Source: a virus
Taxonomy: Duplodnaviria; Caudoviricetes
DNA length: 28,965 nucleotides
Strand: one strand, 5' to 3'
Virus record (IMG/VR): IMGVR_UViG_3300032330_001197
Location: 1 to 28,965 of that record
In this document: one piece after another, positions 9,800 through 17,983 of the stretch
Numbering within the stretch: the first letter of the stretch is position 1
Layout of the letters: each line of letters starts with the position of its first letter
Notes under the pieces: model-generated
What the model was told of the DNA's origin: nothing
What the model saw: only the letters and a program-made list of their open reading frames with translations
Database searches by the model: none
Program-made: the position numbers and the translations under genes

Positions 9800-9970
9800 T
9801 CAGGAATTTACTGTATTGAACGGGCTTAATTCTTCCATATCCTGCTCATATTCCAGAATATCATAGACAAAGTGCAAGGGAATTCCCAGTCGCACAGAGA
9901 TTGACACCGGGTTATAGCCCTCTTCCAACATATCACGGATGCTCAGATCCAATTCAGCCATTTTGCTCAT
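9800..9970 (-). CDS. small acidic hypothetical protein (56 aa, absent from ORF track)
   Basis: MSKMAELDLSIRDMLEEGYNPVSISVRLGIPLHFVYDILEY...; ATGA overlap with the 9967 stop; fills the gap. Confidence 0.65.
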   Translation of the reverse strand: MSKMAELDLSIRDMLEEGYNPVSISVRLGIPLHFVYDILEYEQDMEELSPFNTVNS

Positions 9971-10182
9971 TTTGAATTGCTCACGGTTGTTTTAAACAAG
10001 ATTCCAGACAAGACCGAAATACCCCATGCTTGAACCCAAGACACTTCGTTGACACCGACAACGGCTCCAACCAGTGCGTTATTCCAGAGCCACATCACGG
10101 GCCAACTCAATAGAAAACTAAGAAATACAATACCAACAATACCTACGATTGCGGCACCTACTACAACAAAAACTTTATCCAT
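9967..10182 (-). CDS. small membrane protein
   Basis: Two hydrophobic segments; AAGGAG RBS. Confidence 0.75.
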   Translation of the reverse strand: MDKVFVVVGAAIVGIVGIVFLSFLLSWPVMWLWNNALVGAVVGVNEVSWVQAWGISVLSGILFKTTVSNSK

Positions 10183-10192
10183 GATTTACTCC

Positions 10193-10471
10193 TTAAGCGG
10201 CAGACAACATGTTAGCTGGGACACGCCATGTGTTCAACGGACCAGTCTTAACGATAACAAATTTGCGATTGATTTTTTGTACATCACCTGTGATTTCCAC
10301 ACCGTTGCGGCTGTTAGTGAATTTCACTTTAGTACCGACAGTCAGGGTGTACTTGTTTTTCTGTGCGATTTGGGCACGAGCAAAACGAATTGCATCGGTG
10401 ATGCTAGTCAGTTGGTCATTGGTAAAGTTACCTGCTAGAATAGCGCGGTTGATTTCAGAAATGTCAGTCAT
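10193..10471 (-). CDS. hypothetical protein with SH3/KOW-like C-terminus
   Basis: VG.KVKF....G.V.KINRK.V.V....WRV; AAGGAG RBS. Confidence 0.7.
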   Translation of the reverse strand: MTDISEINRAILAGNFTNDQLTSITDAIRFARAQIAQKNKYTLTVGTKVKFTNSRNGVEITGDVQKINRKFVIVKTGPLNTWRVPANMLSAA

Positions 10472-10485
10472 AAAAACTCCTTTAG

Positions 10486-10532
10486 TTAACTGATTAAGAC
10501 TCTATTATAAACCCAAATCCATTTAATGTCAA
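10486..10532 (-). repeat. promoter cassette repeat copy 3
   Basis: 47 nt, 2 mismatches to copy 1. Confidence 0.9.
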
Positions 10533-10533
10533 A

Positions 10534-10764
10534 TTATTTTTTCAGGTCTTGCTCAATTTTATTGAGAGTTTCCAGAGATTCCAGACGGGTTAGCAAAAGA
10601 CTGTAACCCAAGTAAAATATAAAACCAATAGCCCCGAGACCAATTGCGGTGCCGATTGTTTCACGCGGAACATGAGCAAAGATCCAATCAATGGACAACG
10701 AGACTCCTGCAGCAAACGCTACAAGACCAACCAACTGTAATAGTGCTTTAAGTTTAAGAGACAT
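10534..10764 (-). CDS. small two-TM membrane protein
   Basis: Start reassigned to ATG 10764 (AAGGAAA RBS, downstream of promoter). Confidence 0.7.
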   Translation of the reverse strand: MSLKLKALLQLVGLVAFAAGVSLSIDWIFAHVPRETIGTAIGLGAIGFIFYLGYSLLLTRLESLETLNKIEQDLKK

Positions 10765-10794
10765 TTTTAATTTCCTTTTTAAGTTAATATGTGT

Positions 10795-10823
10795 AGTATA
10801 CACCCAAGACCATTTAATGTCAA
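10795..10823 (-). promoter_or_regulatory. sigma70-type promoter (cassette family)
   Basis: TTGACA-TTAAATGGTCTTGGGTG-TATACT. Confidence 0.82.
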
Positions 10824-11023
10824 GTTTTGGGGGCGTATTTTTGTGTCAATTCTTGAACTTCCTCTACTGTGGCCAGTCCAGTACTAATCAATCTTTTCTG
10901 TTCCTGATTGATGGCATCCCGTTGAGCCATACCCTTCTTCCAAACAGAATAGTCATCACTATAGTCAAAATACCAATCATGGGATTGTAACAGTTTTTCC
11001 AAAATAACGAGTGGTTCGTTCAT
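10820..11023 (-). CDS. hypothetical protein (HDWY..YSDD...W..G)
   Basis: Start reassigned to ATG 11023 with AGGAG RBS. Confidence 0.7.
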   Translation of the reverse strand: MNEPLVILEKLLQSHDWYFDYSDDYSVWKKGMAQRDAINQEQKRLISTGLATVEEVQELTQKYAPKT

Positions 11024-11024
11024 A

Positions 11025-11177
11025 TCAAAACTCCTGTTTAGAATGCTTGGGTTTACGTTTGTACAATACTTTAGACTGTACAATTTTTTGCTTGAACGGA
11101 GTGTTGTTTTGAAACAACACAAGGTGAGCCCTGTGTTTGGGCTGTTCAATTTTGAAAGAGAGAATTTGCTTTTTCAT
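11025..11177 (-). CDS. small basic protein, weakly ArfA-like
   Basis: PFKQKIVQSKVLYKRKPKH resembles ArfA LFRQRVE..K....Y.RKGKH; leaderless start. Confidence 0.45.
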   Translation of the reverse strand: MKKQILSFKIEQPKHRAHLVLFQNNTPFKQKIVQSKVLYKRKPKHSKQEF

Positions 11178-11184
11178 AGTCTGT

Positions 11185-11213
11185 AGTATAGCAGATTCTC
11201 CATTTATTGTCAA
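11185..11213 (-). promoter_or_regulatory. sigma70-type promoter, leaderless transcript
   Basis: TTGACA-N17-TATACT, 7 nt before ATG 11177. Confidence 0.8.
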
Positions 11214-12214
11214 CTGGTCTTTTTGTATACCACTGTAGTGTCGGAACTCTTGGAATTCATTGTCACTGTTTGATTGCTTTGCCTTTTGCTACTTATCACA
11301 CTTAAAACGTCAACTTTGTCATATCCAAATTCATTATGATATTTTAAAACATCAACGTTCATATCACGGTTCTTGACTTTACCTACATTCCAACAACTAG
11401 TTCCGTTGTCTTTTAAATGTTCAATACCCAACTTGATTACCTCACGCAAGAAACCATCGGCCCAATCTTGGTAAGTTGGTGTATTGGTTATTGATTGGGT
11501 TTGTTCATGTGTATAAACTTCTAAATCAAAGTAAGGAGGGCTTGTCAATACTAAATCTACTTTAGGTAAATTGTATTGTTTCATATTACGGGCATCATCA
11601 CATATCAATGTAACTTTATTTTGTATACCTAAAAAATTAGCCATACTCATTAGATTGTTATATGTAGTAGTGTTAGGTTCAAACGCAATATATTGTGCTC
11701 CATAACTTACTGCACCTAACATACGTCCTCCCCAACCAGCACACGGATCAAGTACAATTTCAGGTTTGTACTTTAGACAAGCTAGCTTCATCATCTGTGG
11801 ACGATACATTGTGTTCTTTGTCAAACCACAGCAAAAGTAAATCCCACGTTTCAATTCGCTAAGGTAGGGTGTGCTATGTGATTTACGATTCCAGCGTAAT
11901 ATCTTTTCTAAGTTAGGTGGAGTCCAAAGACTTTTAAAACTAGTACCCGTACTACTTTCAATATCAAAAAAGTTAGGGCAATAGTGTTCACTTAGTTTCA
12001 TGCCCATACGTGATGTAGAACTAATGTCGTTACCATTATTAGTCCATTTACAGAGATTAGCCCAGTCTTTATTTAATTCAGCAGGAGTATATTGTGGGTA
12101 GTAATTTGTTTGAGATAACTCTATTGCCAAGTTAGGCACAGCGGCATCAAAATCTATATCAGATAGATTTCGTGTTGAGAACCGTTTATTTAAAACATCA
12201 ACTAGTTTTATCAT
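11210..12214 (-). CDS. DNA amino-methyltransferase (m4C/m6A)
   Basis: Motif I VLDPCAGWGG followed by motif IV TSPPY. Confidence 0.88.
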   Translation of the reverse strand: MIKLVDVLNKRFSTRNLSDIDFDAAVPNLAIELSQTNYYPQYTPAELNKDWANLCKWTNNGNDISSTSRMGMKLSEHYCPNFFDIESSTGTSFKSLWTPPNLEKILRWNRKSHSTPYLSELKRGIYFCCGLTKNTMYRPQMMKLACLKYKPEIVLDPCAGWGGRMLGAVSYGAQYIAFEPNTTTYNNLMSMANFLGIQNKVTLICDDARNMKQYNLPKVDLVLTSPPYFDLEVYTHEQTQSITNTPTYQDWADGFLREVIKLGIEHLKDNGTSCWNVGKVKNRDMNVDVLKYHNEFGYDKVDVLSVISSKRQSNQTVTMNSKSSDTTVVYKKTS

Positions 12215-12785
12215 TAATACGTGATTCTAACATAATTTTGTGCGGGTTAGAAAGACATTTCATTTCATCTACTACATTTTTATTATAGTAATGGATACGT
12301 AATTCATCTGAATTATAGTCTTTATAATTGAAATGACATACAACTCTTTTTCCCAATTTAGCACTAGTTATTGGCTTTTTTAATTTTTCAATAATAACTG
12401 ACATTGGAAATTCTACAACATAGACTAGATGAGATTGGTAAAATAAACTGTTAACAATATCATAGTCTTTTTTCTTTTCTAGAAGTTCCAATGTCATATC
12501 ATTGAAGTTCCCGCTATTACCTAACTTACCGTCATGAAGGAATCTAGGCTTTACTTCTTTCTGACGACCTGTTTTAGTATCTACCCCGTCAGCCCCGTGT
12601 TTTTCTTGATAGGGTTGGTAACCCAAATAATGTAGAGTTACTTGTTCACGTACAGTTGAGGAATTGTTATCAGTTGCAAATGTTAAAAACAGATTTTTGT
12701 AATCGTCATCTTTAGCATCTAATGCTTTAGTGTTGCCTAAAAAATACTGGGTTGCTAAATCTAAGTTTTTGTTTGACAGGTTCAT
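12198..12785 (-). CDS. putative PD-(D/E)xK restriction-type endonuclease
   Basis: HGADGVD...KEVKP catalytic-like motif; overlaps the MTase start by 17 nt. Confidence 0.6.
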   Translation of the reverse strand: MNLSNKNLDLATQYFLGNTKALDAKDDDYKNLFLTFATDNNSSTVREQVTLHYLGYQPYQEKHGADGVDTKTGRQKEVKPRFLHDGKLGNSGNFNDMTLELLEKKKDYDIVNSLFYQSHLVYVVEFPMSVIIEKLKKPITSAKLGKRVVCHFNYKDYNSDELRIHYYNKNVVDEMKCLSNPHKIMLESRINDKTS

Positions 12786-12792
12786 AATATAT

Positions 12793-13116
12793 TTAGATAG
12801 AAAATTCTACACGAGTAACACTTTTTGTAGTAAAGCTACGCCAATCTTTTAAATCATTATCAAACACTCTAATAGAGGTTGTTGATTCCTTGCGTGGTTC
12901 TTTGCCTTCAGCTAAGGGCTTTGCTTCGGGCAATAGTTCTGGCTTTAGTGTGCAATTCATTACACGTTCAGTGCCATCCTTCTTGGTGAAGGTGATTGTC
13001 ATATTCTCATTTATCTTTAGCATACCATTCAACCATTTGGTAAACTTATCCCAATCTTTTTCTGTCCAATCTTTAGTTGGATGATAGGGTGTTGCTAGTG
13101 CTTCAAGTGTTTCCAT
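12793..13116 (-). CDS. WYL_2-like (SH3-like) domain protein
   Basis: ITFTKKDGTERVMNCTL...VFD....WRSF. Confidence 0.75.
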   Translation of the reverse strand: METLEALATPYHPTKDWTEKDWDKFTKWLNGMLKINENMTITFTKKDGTERVMNCTLKPELLPEAKPLAEGKEPRKESTTSIRVFDNDLKDWRSFTTKSVTRVEFSI

Positions 13117-13642
13117 TTTGTTCTTCCCATGTAGTGAAAAATGTTTTTACTTTATCTTTGTTTTTCCAACCCGAACAATAATCATTGTCCTTGTCACACA
13201 AGGCAAGTGCTTCTTCTTTGGTAACAACACGATGTGAAACTATTTGTTCACCTAGATGTTCTTGACTAAACTCTTTGGCTTCTTCCAATGTTACTGTATC
13301 TAATGCCCATTCAGCCTTATCATTACCATGTTCATCAATACCAACTGGAACTTCAACCATGTATCGTGTGCGGAAAGTGCTGACAGCTTCAACTAACACC
13401 CATTGTTTCTCCTCGGATGCTTTCTTACTAAGACTGTATGACCCGTCTTTATTATCTTTCCATTTCAGTATATCACCAATTTCAAATCCTTGTGATTTCA
13501 TTAGTTCATCAGGCAATGGTAGAATCAAATCACCAGTCTCTGGATCTTCTTGTAATGTTGCGACCCAAGAGTTATCACCTGTCTTGACCCAACCTGGTTC
13601 AAGTTCACTTGGTTCAATTACAGATTGTTTTTTCTTTCCCAT
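13103..13642 (-). CDS. AbrB/MazE-like domain fused to a hypothetical domain
   Basis: GDLILPLPDELM...G..IGD.LKW.....GS..LSK swapped-hairpin pattern. Confidence 0.6.
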   Translation of the reverse strand: MGKKKQSVIEPSELEPGWVKTGDNSWVATLQEDPETGDLILPLPDELMKSQGFEIGDILKWKDNKDGSYSLSKKASEEKQWVLVEAVSTFRTRYMVEVPVGIDEHGNDKAEWALDTVTLEEAKEFSQEHLGEQIVSHRVVTKEEALALCDKDNDYCSGWKNKDKVKTFFTTWEEQNGNT

Positions 13643-13651
13643 GATATTTCC

Positions 13652-13945
13652 TTAATTAATTAACATACGAACAAGACCAATACTATCAATGGTCACTAAC
13701 AAAATATAGTTGGCTATCATACCAAATGACTTGCGACTATAACTAGCCCAAGCATACATAGCGCAACCACTGATCCATATAGGATAAAGAATGAGAAGGG
13801 GTGGCTGTGGTACCGTGAGCGCCATTGTGACCGAACACCCGACACTAATAGCCCAAGCCGCAACTTCAACGACAAAACGAAAAGGGTTTGTTGTATAGTC
13901 ATCTTTAATGTAATTATAAATGTTAAGCAATATTAAATTCATCAA
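13652..13945 (-). CDS. small membrane protein (about 3 TM)
   Basis: Hydrophobic segments; overlaps upstream stop. Confidence 0.7.
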   Translation of the reverse strand: MMNLILLNIYNYIKDDYTTNPFRFVVEVAAWAISVGCSVTMALTVPQPPLLILYPIWISGCAMYAWASYSRKSFGMIANYILLVTIDSIGLVRMLIN

Positions 13946-14469
13946 CCATCAATCTGCAATGTATTTTCAGGATAGATAACATGTAGCAATACTTCCTCAA
14001 CCATTTGATTCAATGTGATATCACGCTTATGTGCTTCCATTGCTAACTTCAACATAGTATCATTATCTAAATCAATTGGTACTTGAATGCGAGTATCAAA
14101 CTTTTCACCATTAAACATAGCCGTTGCCTTTTCAATGAAATCTTCTTCTGTTTCCAAGTCAACCCACTTTACATCATCCCATGCTTCACTAGGATCAATA
14201 CCACGACTGGTTGCTTCTTGTTTGTATGCTTCCTGATGTTCTGGATTAATGTAACGATAGGGCTTTGGTTCAACATCCCAAGAACCAACCACTGGGCTAA
14301 CACTCACTTCATACACTGTTTGTGTGTCAGTATCAAATACTACATATCCACACGCATATTCGCTGGTGTAGTCAATACTACGAACATTGTCTCCATAGCA
14401 ATGCCAAAGATATTCACTACCATCGGTGATTCTATGTTGAAAGATATTGTTTACTTGTTCAAGATTCAT
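13942..14469 (-). CDS. hypothetical protein, possible C-terminal ribbon-helix-helix
   Basis: GGAG RBS; C-terminal L...AH.RDITLNQMVEEVL. Confidence 0.65.
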   Translation of the reverse strand: MNLEQVNNIFQHRITDGSEYLWHCYGDNVRSIDYTSEYACGYVVFDTDTQTVYEVSVSPVVGSWDVEPKPYRYINPEHQEAYKQEATSRGIDPSEAWDDVKWVDLETEEDFIEKATAMFNGEKFDTRIQVPIDLDNDTMLKLAMEAHKRDITLNQMVEEVLLHVIYPENTLQIDG

Positions 14470-14494
14470 GTTATAGCTCCAGTTAAGATATGTT

Positions 14495-14523
14495 ATTGTA
14501 CACTAAGTTTGGTATATAGTCAA
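14495..14523 (-). promoter_or_regulatory. sigma70-type promoter
   Basis: TTGACT-N17-TACAAT. Confidence 0.65.
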
Positions 14524-14539
14524 TTGAATTGGGTATCAT

Positions 14540-14836
14540 TCATAGTTTAAGCAATGCCCACATTGTTGTCTTTTCTAAATCATTTAGAAATTCTGGATAA
14601 ACTTGTTTCAGTTCATAATCCATGAGTGTTTTATACCCTTTTTCTTTTTTTGATGTAACCAATTTATCTAGGTCCCAACCTTCACGATCCATCTTGGTTT
14701 GAAGTTTATGTCCACGGCGTCCCCAAAAGATTAATACTTTAGGACGGGGGTTGGTTCTGTCTTCCATATAGATAGCACCCCAAACTTTGTCTGCACCATC
14801 ACTATTATTCCAGCCAATGAATTTGTAGTCAATCAT
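14540..14836 (-). CDS. WGR-like domain protein
   Basis: DKVWG...FWGRRG...K..KGY. Confidence 0.6.
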   Translation of the reverse strand: MIDYKFIGWNNSDGADKVWGAIYMEDRTNPRPKVLIFWGRRGHKLQTKMDREGWDLDKLVTSKKEKGYKTLMDYELKQVYPEFLNDLEKTTMWALLKL

Positions 14837-15111
14837 TGTTCAACTTCCTCTATCGGTTGATCAGGGATGTTTTCTGTATCACCGTCTTTAGCAAAAGTAA
14901 ATCCTAAACCTAACATTATTTCAGTCACTGCTGGTGTGCAGTTACCACGGAAGATAAAAATTCTACGGGTTAGATTGTCTTTAGAGTAATAGATCCTATA
15001 AGACACTCGGGGTACATTTAATTTTTCTGACAGTAGAGGCTGCGATATCTCATCACCCCAATCTTCGGTAATAGATTCCCGTTGTTGTTCATACATAAAA
15101 TCTTTCATCAT
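14833..15111 (-). CDS. hypothetical protein
   Basis: ATGA-coupled at both ends. Confidence 0.65.
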   Translation of the reverse strand: MMKDFMYEQQRESITEDWGDEISQPLLSEKLNVPRVSYRIYYSKDNLTRRIFIFRGNCTPAVTEIMLGLGFTFAKDGDTENIPDQPIEEVEQ

Positions 15112-15326
15112 TCTTCAACTCCATATTCTGCTTTCAACTCGTCCAAAGCCTTACGAATCTTCTCAGCAACAGGGCGGTACTTGGCAGGGTGAATAGGGTG
15201 ATAGGTGTATTCCATACCCGCCCATGTCTTGCTACCTGTCAATAGTTTATCAACCTCTGCTAGAATTTGAAATCTAGGATCAGCCCACATCTTGATTACA
15301 TTATCAGGTACGATTGGTGTGTTCAT
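15108..15326 (-). CDS. hypothetical protein ending in YGVEE
   Basis: ATGA-coupled; shares the GGAGTTGAAGAATGA tail with the repeat family. Confidence 0.65.
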   Translation of the reverse strand: MNTPIVPDNVIKMWADPRFQILAEVDKLLTGSKTWAGMEYTYHPIHPAKYRPVAEKIRKALDELKAEYGVEE

Positions 15327-15649
15327 TCTGTAACTCCGAAATGTGATTCTAATCTGCTGACAATATCAGTGGCCACAACATCAGCATCCCATTCATTCTT
15401 AAAAATTATGGATGGATGGTTCTGACATATTTTCATACATTCCCGAACAATCAACTCAGCGAACTTTTCCAATTCTTCTGAAAAATTGTCATCAGAATCG
15501 CCGGCCCACTCTTTAAGTTTAGGTGTTAGAAGTTCTTTAATTCGTTCGTTCATAATCTTTGTCACTTTTCCTTCACAATTGCCAGGGCAATAATTATTTC
15601 GGCATTTATAGCAACCACGGTCATACCGAGTGCGATAATCGTTCATCAT
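15323..15649 (-). CDS. MNER/EKFAELIVREC family protein with Cys-rich N-terminal extension
   Basis: Core begins at ATG 15553; the CxxC-x4-C-x3-C extension is coupled to the upstream stop. Confidence 0.7.
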   Translation of the reverse strand: MMNDYRTRYDRGCYKCRNNYCPGNCEGKVTKIMNERIKELLTPKLKEWAGDSDDNFSEELEKFAELIVRECMKICQNHPSIIFKNEWDADVVATDIVSRLESHFGVTE

Positions 15650-15882
15650 TCAACTCCAAAATGTTCTTCCAAATCCATCTCTGCCATGCTCATTGCTTCG
15701 TCTACATTATACCCATCATCAATTGCTTGGTCCTTGCGTTTAGCAACAATGCTAACACATTCTCTCACAATCAACTCGGCGAACTTTTCAGCATTGAGCA
15801 GCCGAATCTTTGTATCTGGGTCAGCCATATTAGGCACCCATTCCATAGCCTGTTCTTTAAGTTCTTTAATTCGTTCGTTCAT
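15646..15882 (-). CDS. MNER/EKFAELIVREC family protein
   Basis: Start reassigned to ATG 15882; paralogue of 15323 and 16522. Confidence 0.75.
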   Translation of the reverse strand: MNERIKELKEQAMEWVPNMADPDTKIRLLNAEKFAELIVRECVSIVAKRKDQAIDDGYNVDEAMSMAEMDLEEHFGVE

Positions 15883-15980
15883 AGTCCAAACCTTGCTAAT
15901 ATATTGCCCAACCACATCATTCCTAATCCAAGACCAATGACACTGATAATCAGTATTTTGATTTCAATTCTATTCATCAT
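15879..15980 (-). CDS. 33-aa single-TM peptide (absent from ORF track)
   Basis: MMNRIEIKILIISVIGLGLGMMWLGNILARFGL; starts right after the 15981 stop and ends in an ATGA overlap. Confidence 0.55.
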   Translation of the reverse strand: MMNRIEIKILIISVIGLGLGMMWLGNILARFGL

Positions 15981-16184
15981 TTAACCCCTATCGACATCTG
16001 GATCCTTCTCATAACAAGTTAAACATACCGCATCATGCTTTGGTCCCATACAATGATAGATAGAACCATTACAATACTTACATTGTATAAACGCATGTGT
16101 GACTATACTACCTTTTGGTGGCGCATACAAGGGATAAAACCCTTCTTCACGCTCAGTATACCCAATTAGTTCTTGTTCGTTCAT
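15981..16184 (-). CDS. small zinc-finger protein
   Basis: CKYC...CLTC; ATGA coupling. Confidence 0.65.
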   Translation of the reverse strand: MNEQELIGYTEREEGFYPLYAPPKGSIVTHAFIQCKYCNGSIYHCMGPKHDAVCLTCYEKDPDVDRG

Positions 16185-16525
16185 CTTGACACCTGTAGTT
16201 CCGCATCTGGATTATCCCAACATGCGTTTCTATACTTGTACACAAAGTTACATAACCCATCATAACTTCCCCAGCCGTTCTCTGGATTAAATTGTTTGAA
16301 ATGATCTGGGTCTGATAACAAGATATTCCAGCCTTCATCTAATAATTCTGAAATATCTTTAGCAAACTTCAACCCTTCTTGTTCATCGGGTCTCCACAAT
16401 ACTTGATACAATGTCATACCATTTGACAATTTTACTTCCATTGCCATCTTGCCGAGGTTGTGTGTGATATTAGCATCATAAACCTCTACCGGCTTAGTAA
16501 CCATTAAATATACATCTAAACTCAT
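16181..16525 (-). CDS. conserved hypothetical phage protein
   Basis: MSLDV...ANITHNL..M...NPENGWGSY motif. Confidence 0.75.
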   Translation of the reverse strand: MSLDVYLMVTKPVEVYDANITHNLGKMAMEVKLSNGMTLYQVLWRPDEQEGLKFAKDISELLDEGWNILLSDPDHFKQFNPENGWGSYDGLCNFVYKYRNACWDNPDAELQVSR

Positions 16526-16725
16526 TCTTCAACTCCGAAGTTTTTCTTAATCACCTTGGTTGCAATTTCTTCAAATGTGAATCCCTGCATTAAATCGCAA
16601 CATTCCCTAACAATCAACTCGGCGAATTTTTCAACAAACTCTTTGGGTATTTTAATGTTGTTGATGCTACCGTTATTTGCTTCATTAAAAGCCTGTTCGG
16701 CAAGTTCTTTAGTTCGTTCGTTCAT
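16522..16725 (-). CDS. MNER/EKFAELIVREC family protein
   Basis: Start reassigned to ATG 16725 (AAGGAAG RBS). Confidence 0.75.
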   Translation of the reverse strand: MNERTKELAEQAFNEANNGSINNIKIPKEFVEKFAELIVRECCDLMQGFTFEEIATKVIKKNFGVEE

Positions 16726-16846
16726 TTTTTTCTTCCTTCTTGGGCGCGGGCTGTGTAGGCTGTGCGTTCTTACGCTCACGCTTTAATTCCTTTGCTAACC
16801 TATTGAAGGCACGTTTTTCTGATAAAGGCTTCAATGCTTTAGTCAT
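16709..16846 (-). CDS. 45-aa basic peptide (absent from ORF track)
   Basis: MTKALKPLSEKRAFNRLAKELKRERK...; TGATG overlap with upstream stop. Confidence 0.5.
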   Translation of the reverse strand: MTKALKPLSEKRAFNRLAKELKRERKNAQPTQPAPKKEEKNERTN

Positions 16847-17052
16847 CACTTCTTTCCAATCTTAGAAACAACTTCTACCTTGCTTACTTGTAATTGATAA
16901 AGAAACCTACGATACACTCGCAATGCGGCAATACTCATTGGATCTTCTTTACCTTCAAGTTCAGCAATCTTAGATTCTAATTCTTTTTCCTTGGCGCGGT
17001 GACGCTCAATGTCAGCATTGAGACCTTTTGCTTTATCCCAAAAGTATTTCAT
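16846..17052 (-). CDS. hypothetical coiled-coil protein
   Basis: AAGGAG RBS. Confidence 0.7.
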   Translation of the reverse strand: MKYFWDKAKGLNADIERHRAKEKELESKIAELEGKEDPMSIAALRVYRRFLYQLQVSKVEVVSKIGKK

Positions 17053-17062
17053 AATGTTCTCC

Positions 17063-17401
17063 TTACTTAATCCCGAATGTGTTCAATTCGGGACGCAATG
17101 TGTTAATCAATTCTGTTTCACGGGCATGAGCAGGACGCTTGCCACGAACAACTTCAATAACACCGAATACAAAACGCTCGGCACCACGTTCACGCAAAGC
17201 GCAACTCAAACCCCAATTCTTACGCTCAGTCATGGCCCGTTGCATATGCTTTTGCATACGACGGCGCAATGTGCGAAACACATTACCTTTGAATGATAGT
17301 GCAGTAAGACCAATATAGTATTCTTGTGTAACTACATCTTGAATATAGTATAACACTTGATTACGATCGGTCCTACGCTTACGGGTGATTTTCAAGTTCA
17401 T
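17063..17401 (-). CDS. GIY-YIG superfamily nuclease-like protein
   Basis: VLYYI...YYIGLT...R...H...E..LI....P.LN; start reassigned to leaderless ATG 17401. Confidence 0.75.
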   Translation of the reverse strand: MNLKITRKRRTDRNQVLYYIQDVVTQEYYIGLTALSFKGNVFRTLRRRMQKHMQRAMTERKNWGLSCALRERGAERFVFGVIEVVRGKRPAHARETELINTLRPELNTFGIK

Positions 17402-17407
17402 AAGTGT

Positions 17408-17436
17408 ATTATATACCCAAAACCATTTAGTGTCAA
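17408..17436 (-). promoter_or_regulatory. sigma70 consensus promoter (cassette family), leaderless
   Basis: TTGACA-CTAAATGGTTTTGGGTA-TATAAT, 6 nt before ATG. Confidence 0.88.
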
Positions 17437-17948
17437 CCGTAAGTTTCCAGTAAGGCCGAGACGAATTCCGAGTCGCTATCCCCGAGGTCCTTATCTGTTG
17501 TAAAAACGCAACAGTCTCCGAATTCGGCCAGCATACGGCCAGCACTATCATTGTCACAAACTGCGACAACTTTGCGGTTAAGACAGGTTAACCAGTTTCC
17601 CAAGTCTTGATTGGGGTTGTTAGATAGCACGGCCAACGCACTAAATCCACGCTCAGTCAACCGGGCCGCATCAAAAACCCCTTCACATAGAAACACGACC
17701 CCGGGGCTTAAATGTAGACTTTCTACACCCCAGACTGTCTGCGTGGGCTGGTTTCGGTATGTGAAATACTTGCCCTCTTTGGGATTATTCTGTGGTTTTT
17801 TCTCGCCCAAGGGACGATATTGCTGATACCCGACTAGTTGGCCGCTCAGGTTCCACAGGTAAAATGTAGCAACACCCTCAACTTCATCAAGCACGGGCCT
17901 GTGAAGTTCCAAGTCTAAGTGACGAGATTTCAGGTGTTCTTTCAGCAT
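17433..17948 (-). CDS. stand-alone Toprim-domain (DnaG primase-like) protein
   Basis: FLCEGVFDA, VCDNDSAG, KDLGD; no zinc-binding domain; start reassigned to ATG 17948. Confidence 0.8.
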   Translation of the reverse strand: MLKEHLKSRHLDLELHRPVLDEVEGVATFYLWNLSGQLVGYQQYRPLGEKKPQNNPKEGKYFTYRNQPTQTVWGVESLHLSPGVVFLCEGVFDAARLTERGFSALAVLSNNPNQDLGNWLTCLNRKVVAVCDNDSAGRMLAEFGDCCVFTTDKDLGDSDSEFVSALLETYG

Positions 17949-17954
17949 ACCTAC

Positions 17955-17983
17955 AGTATACACCCAAAACCATTATTTGTCAA
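17955..17983 (-). promoter_or_regulatory. sigma70-type promoter (cassette family), leaderless
   Basis: TTGACA-AATAATGGTTTTGGGTG-TATACT, 6 nt before ATG. Confidence 0.82.

Noticed and set aside
9461-10532. Three 47-49 nt direct repeats as a CRISPR array or att sites
   Set aside because: Spacing is 283 and 742 nt with whole genes between; the repeats are sigma70 promoters; no cas or integrase gene in the window
14833-16725. Paralogue array as a diversity-generating retroelement
   Set aside because: No reverse transcriptase, and differences are whole-segment rather than adenine-specific
17402-17569. N-terminal extension of the GIY-YIG ORF given in the track
   Set aside because: It overlaps the Toprim gene and runs through a consensus promoter; the true start is probably 17401
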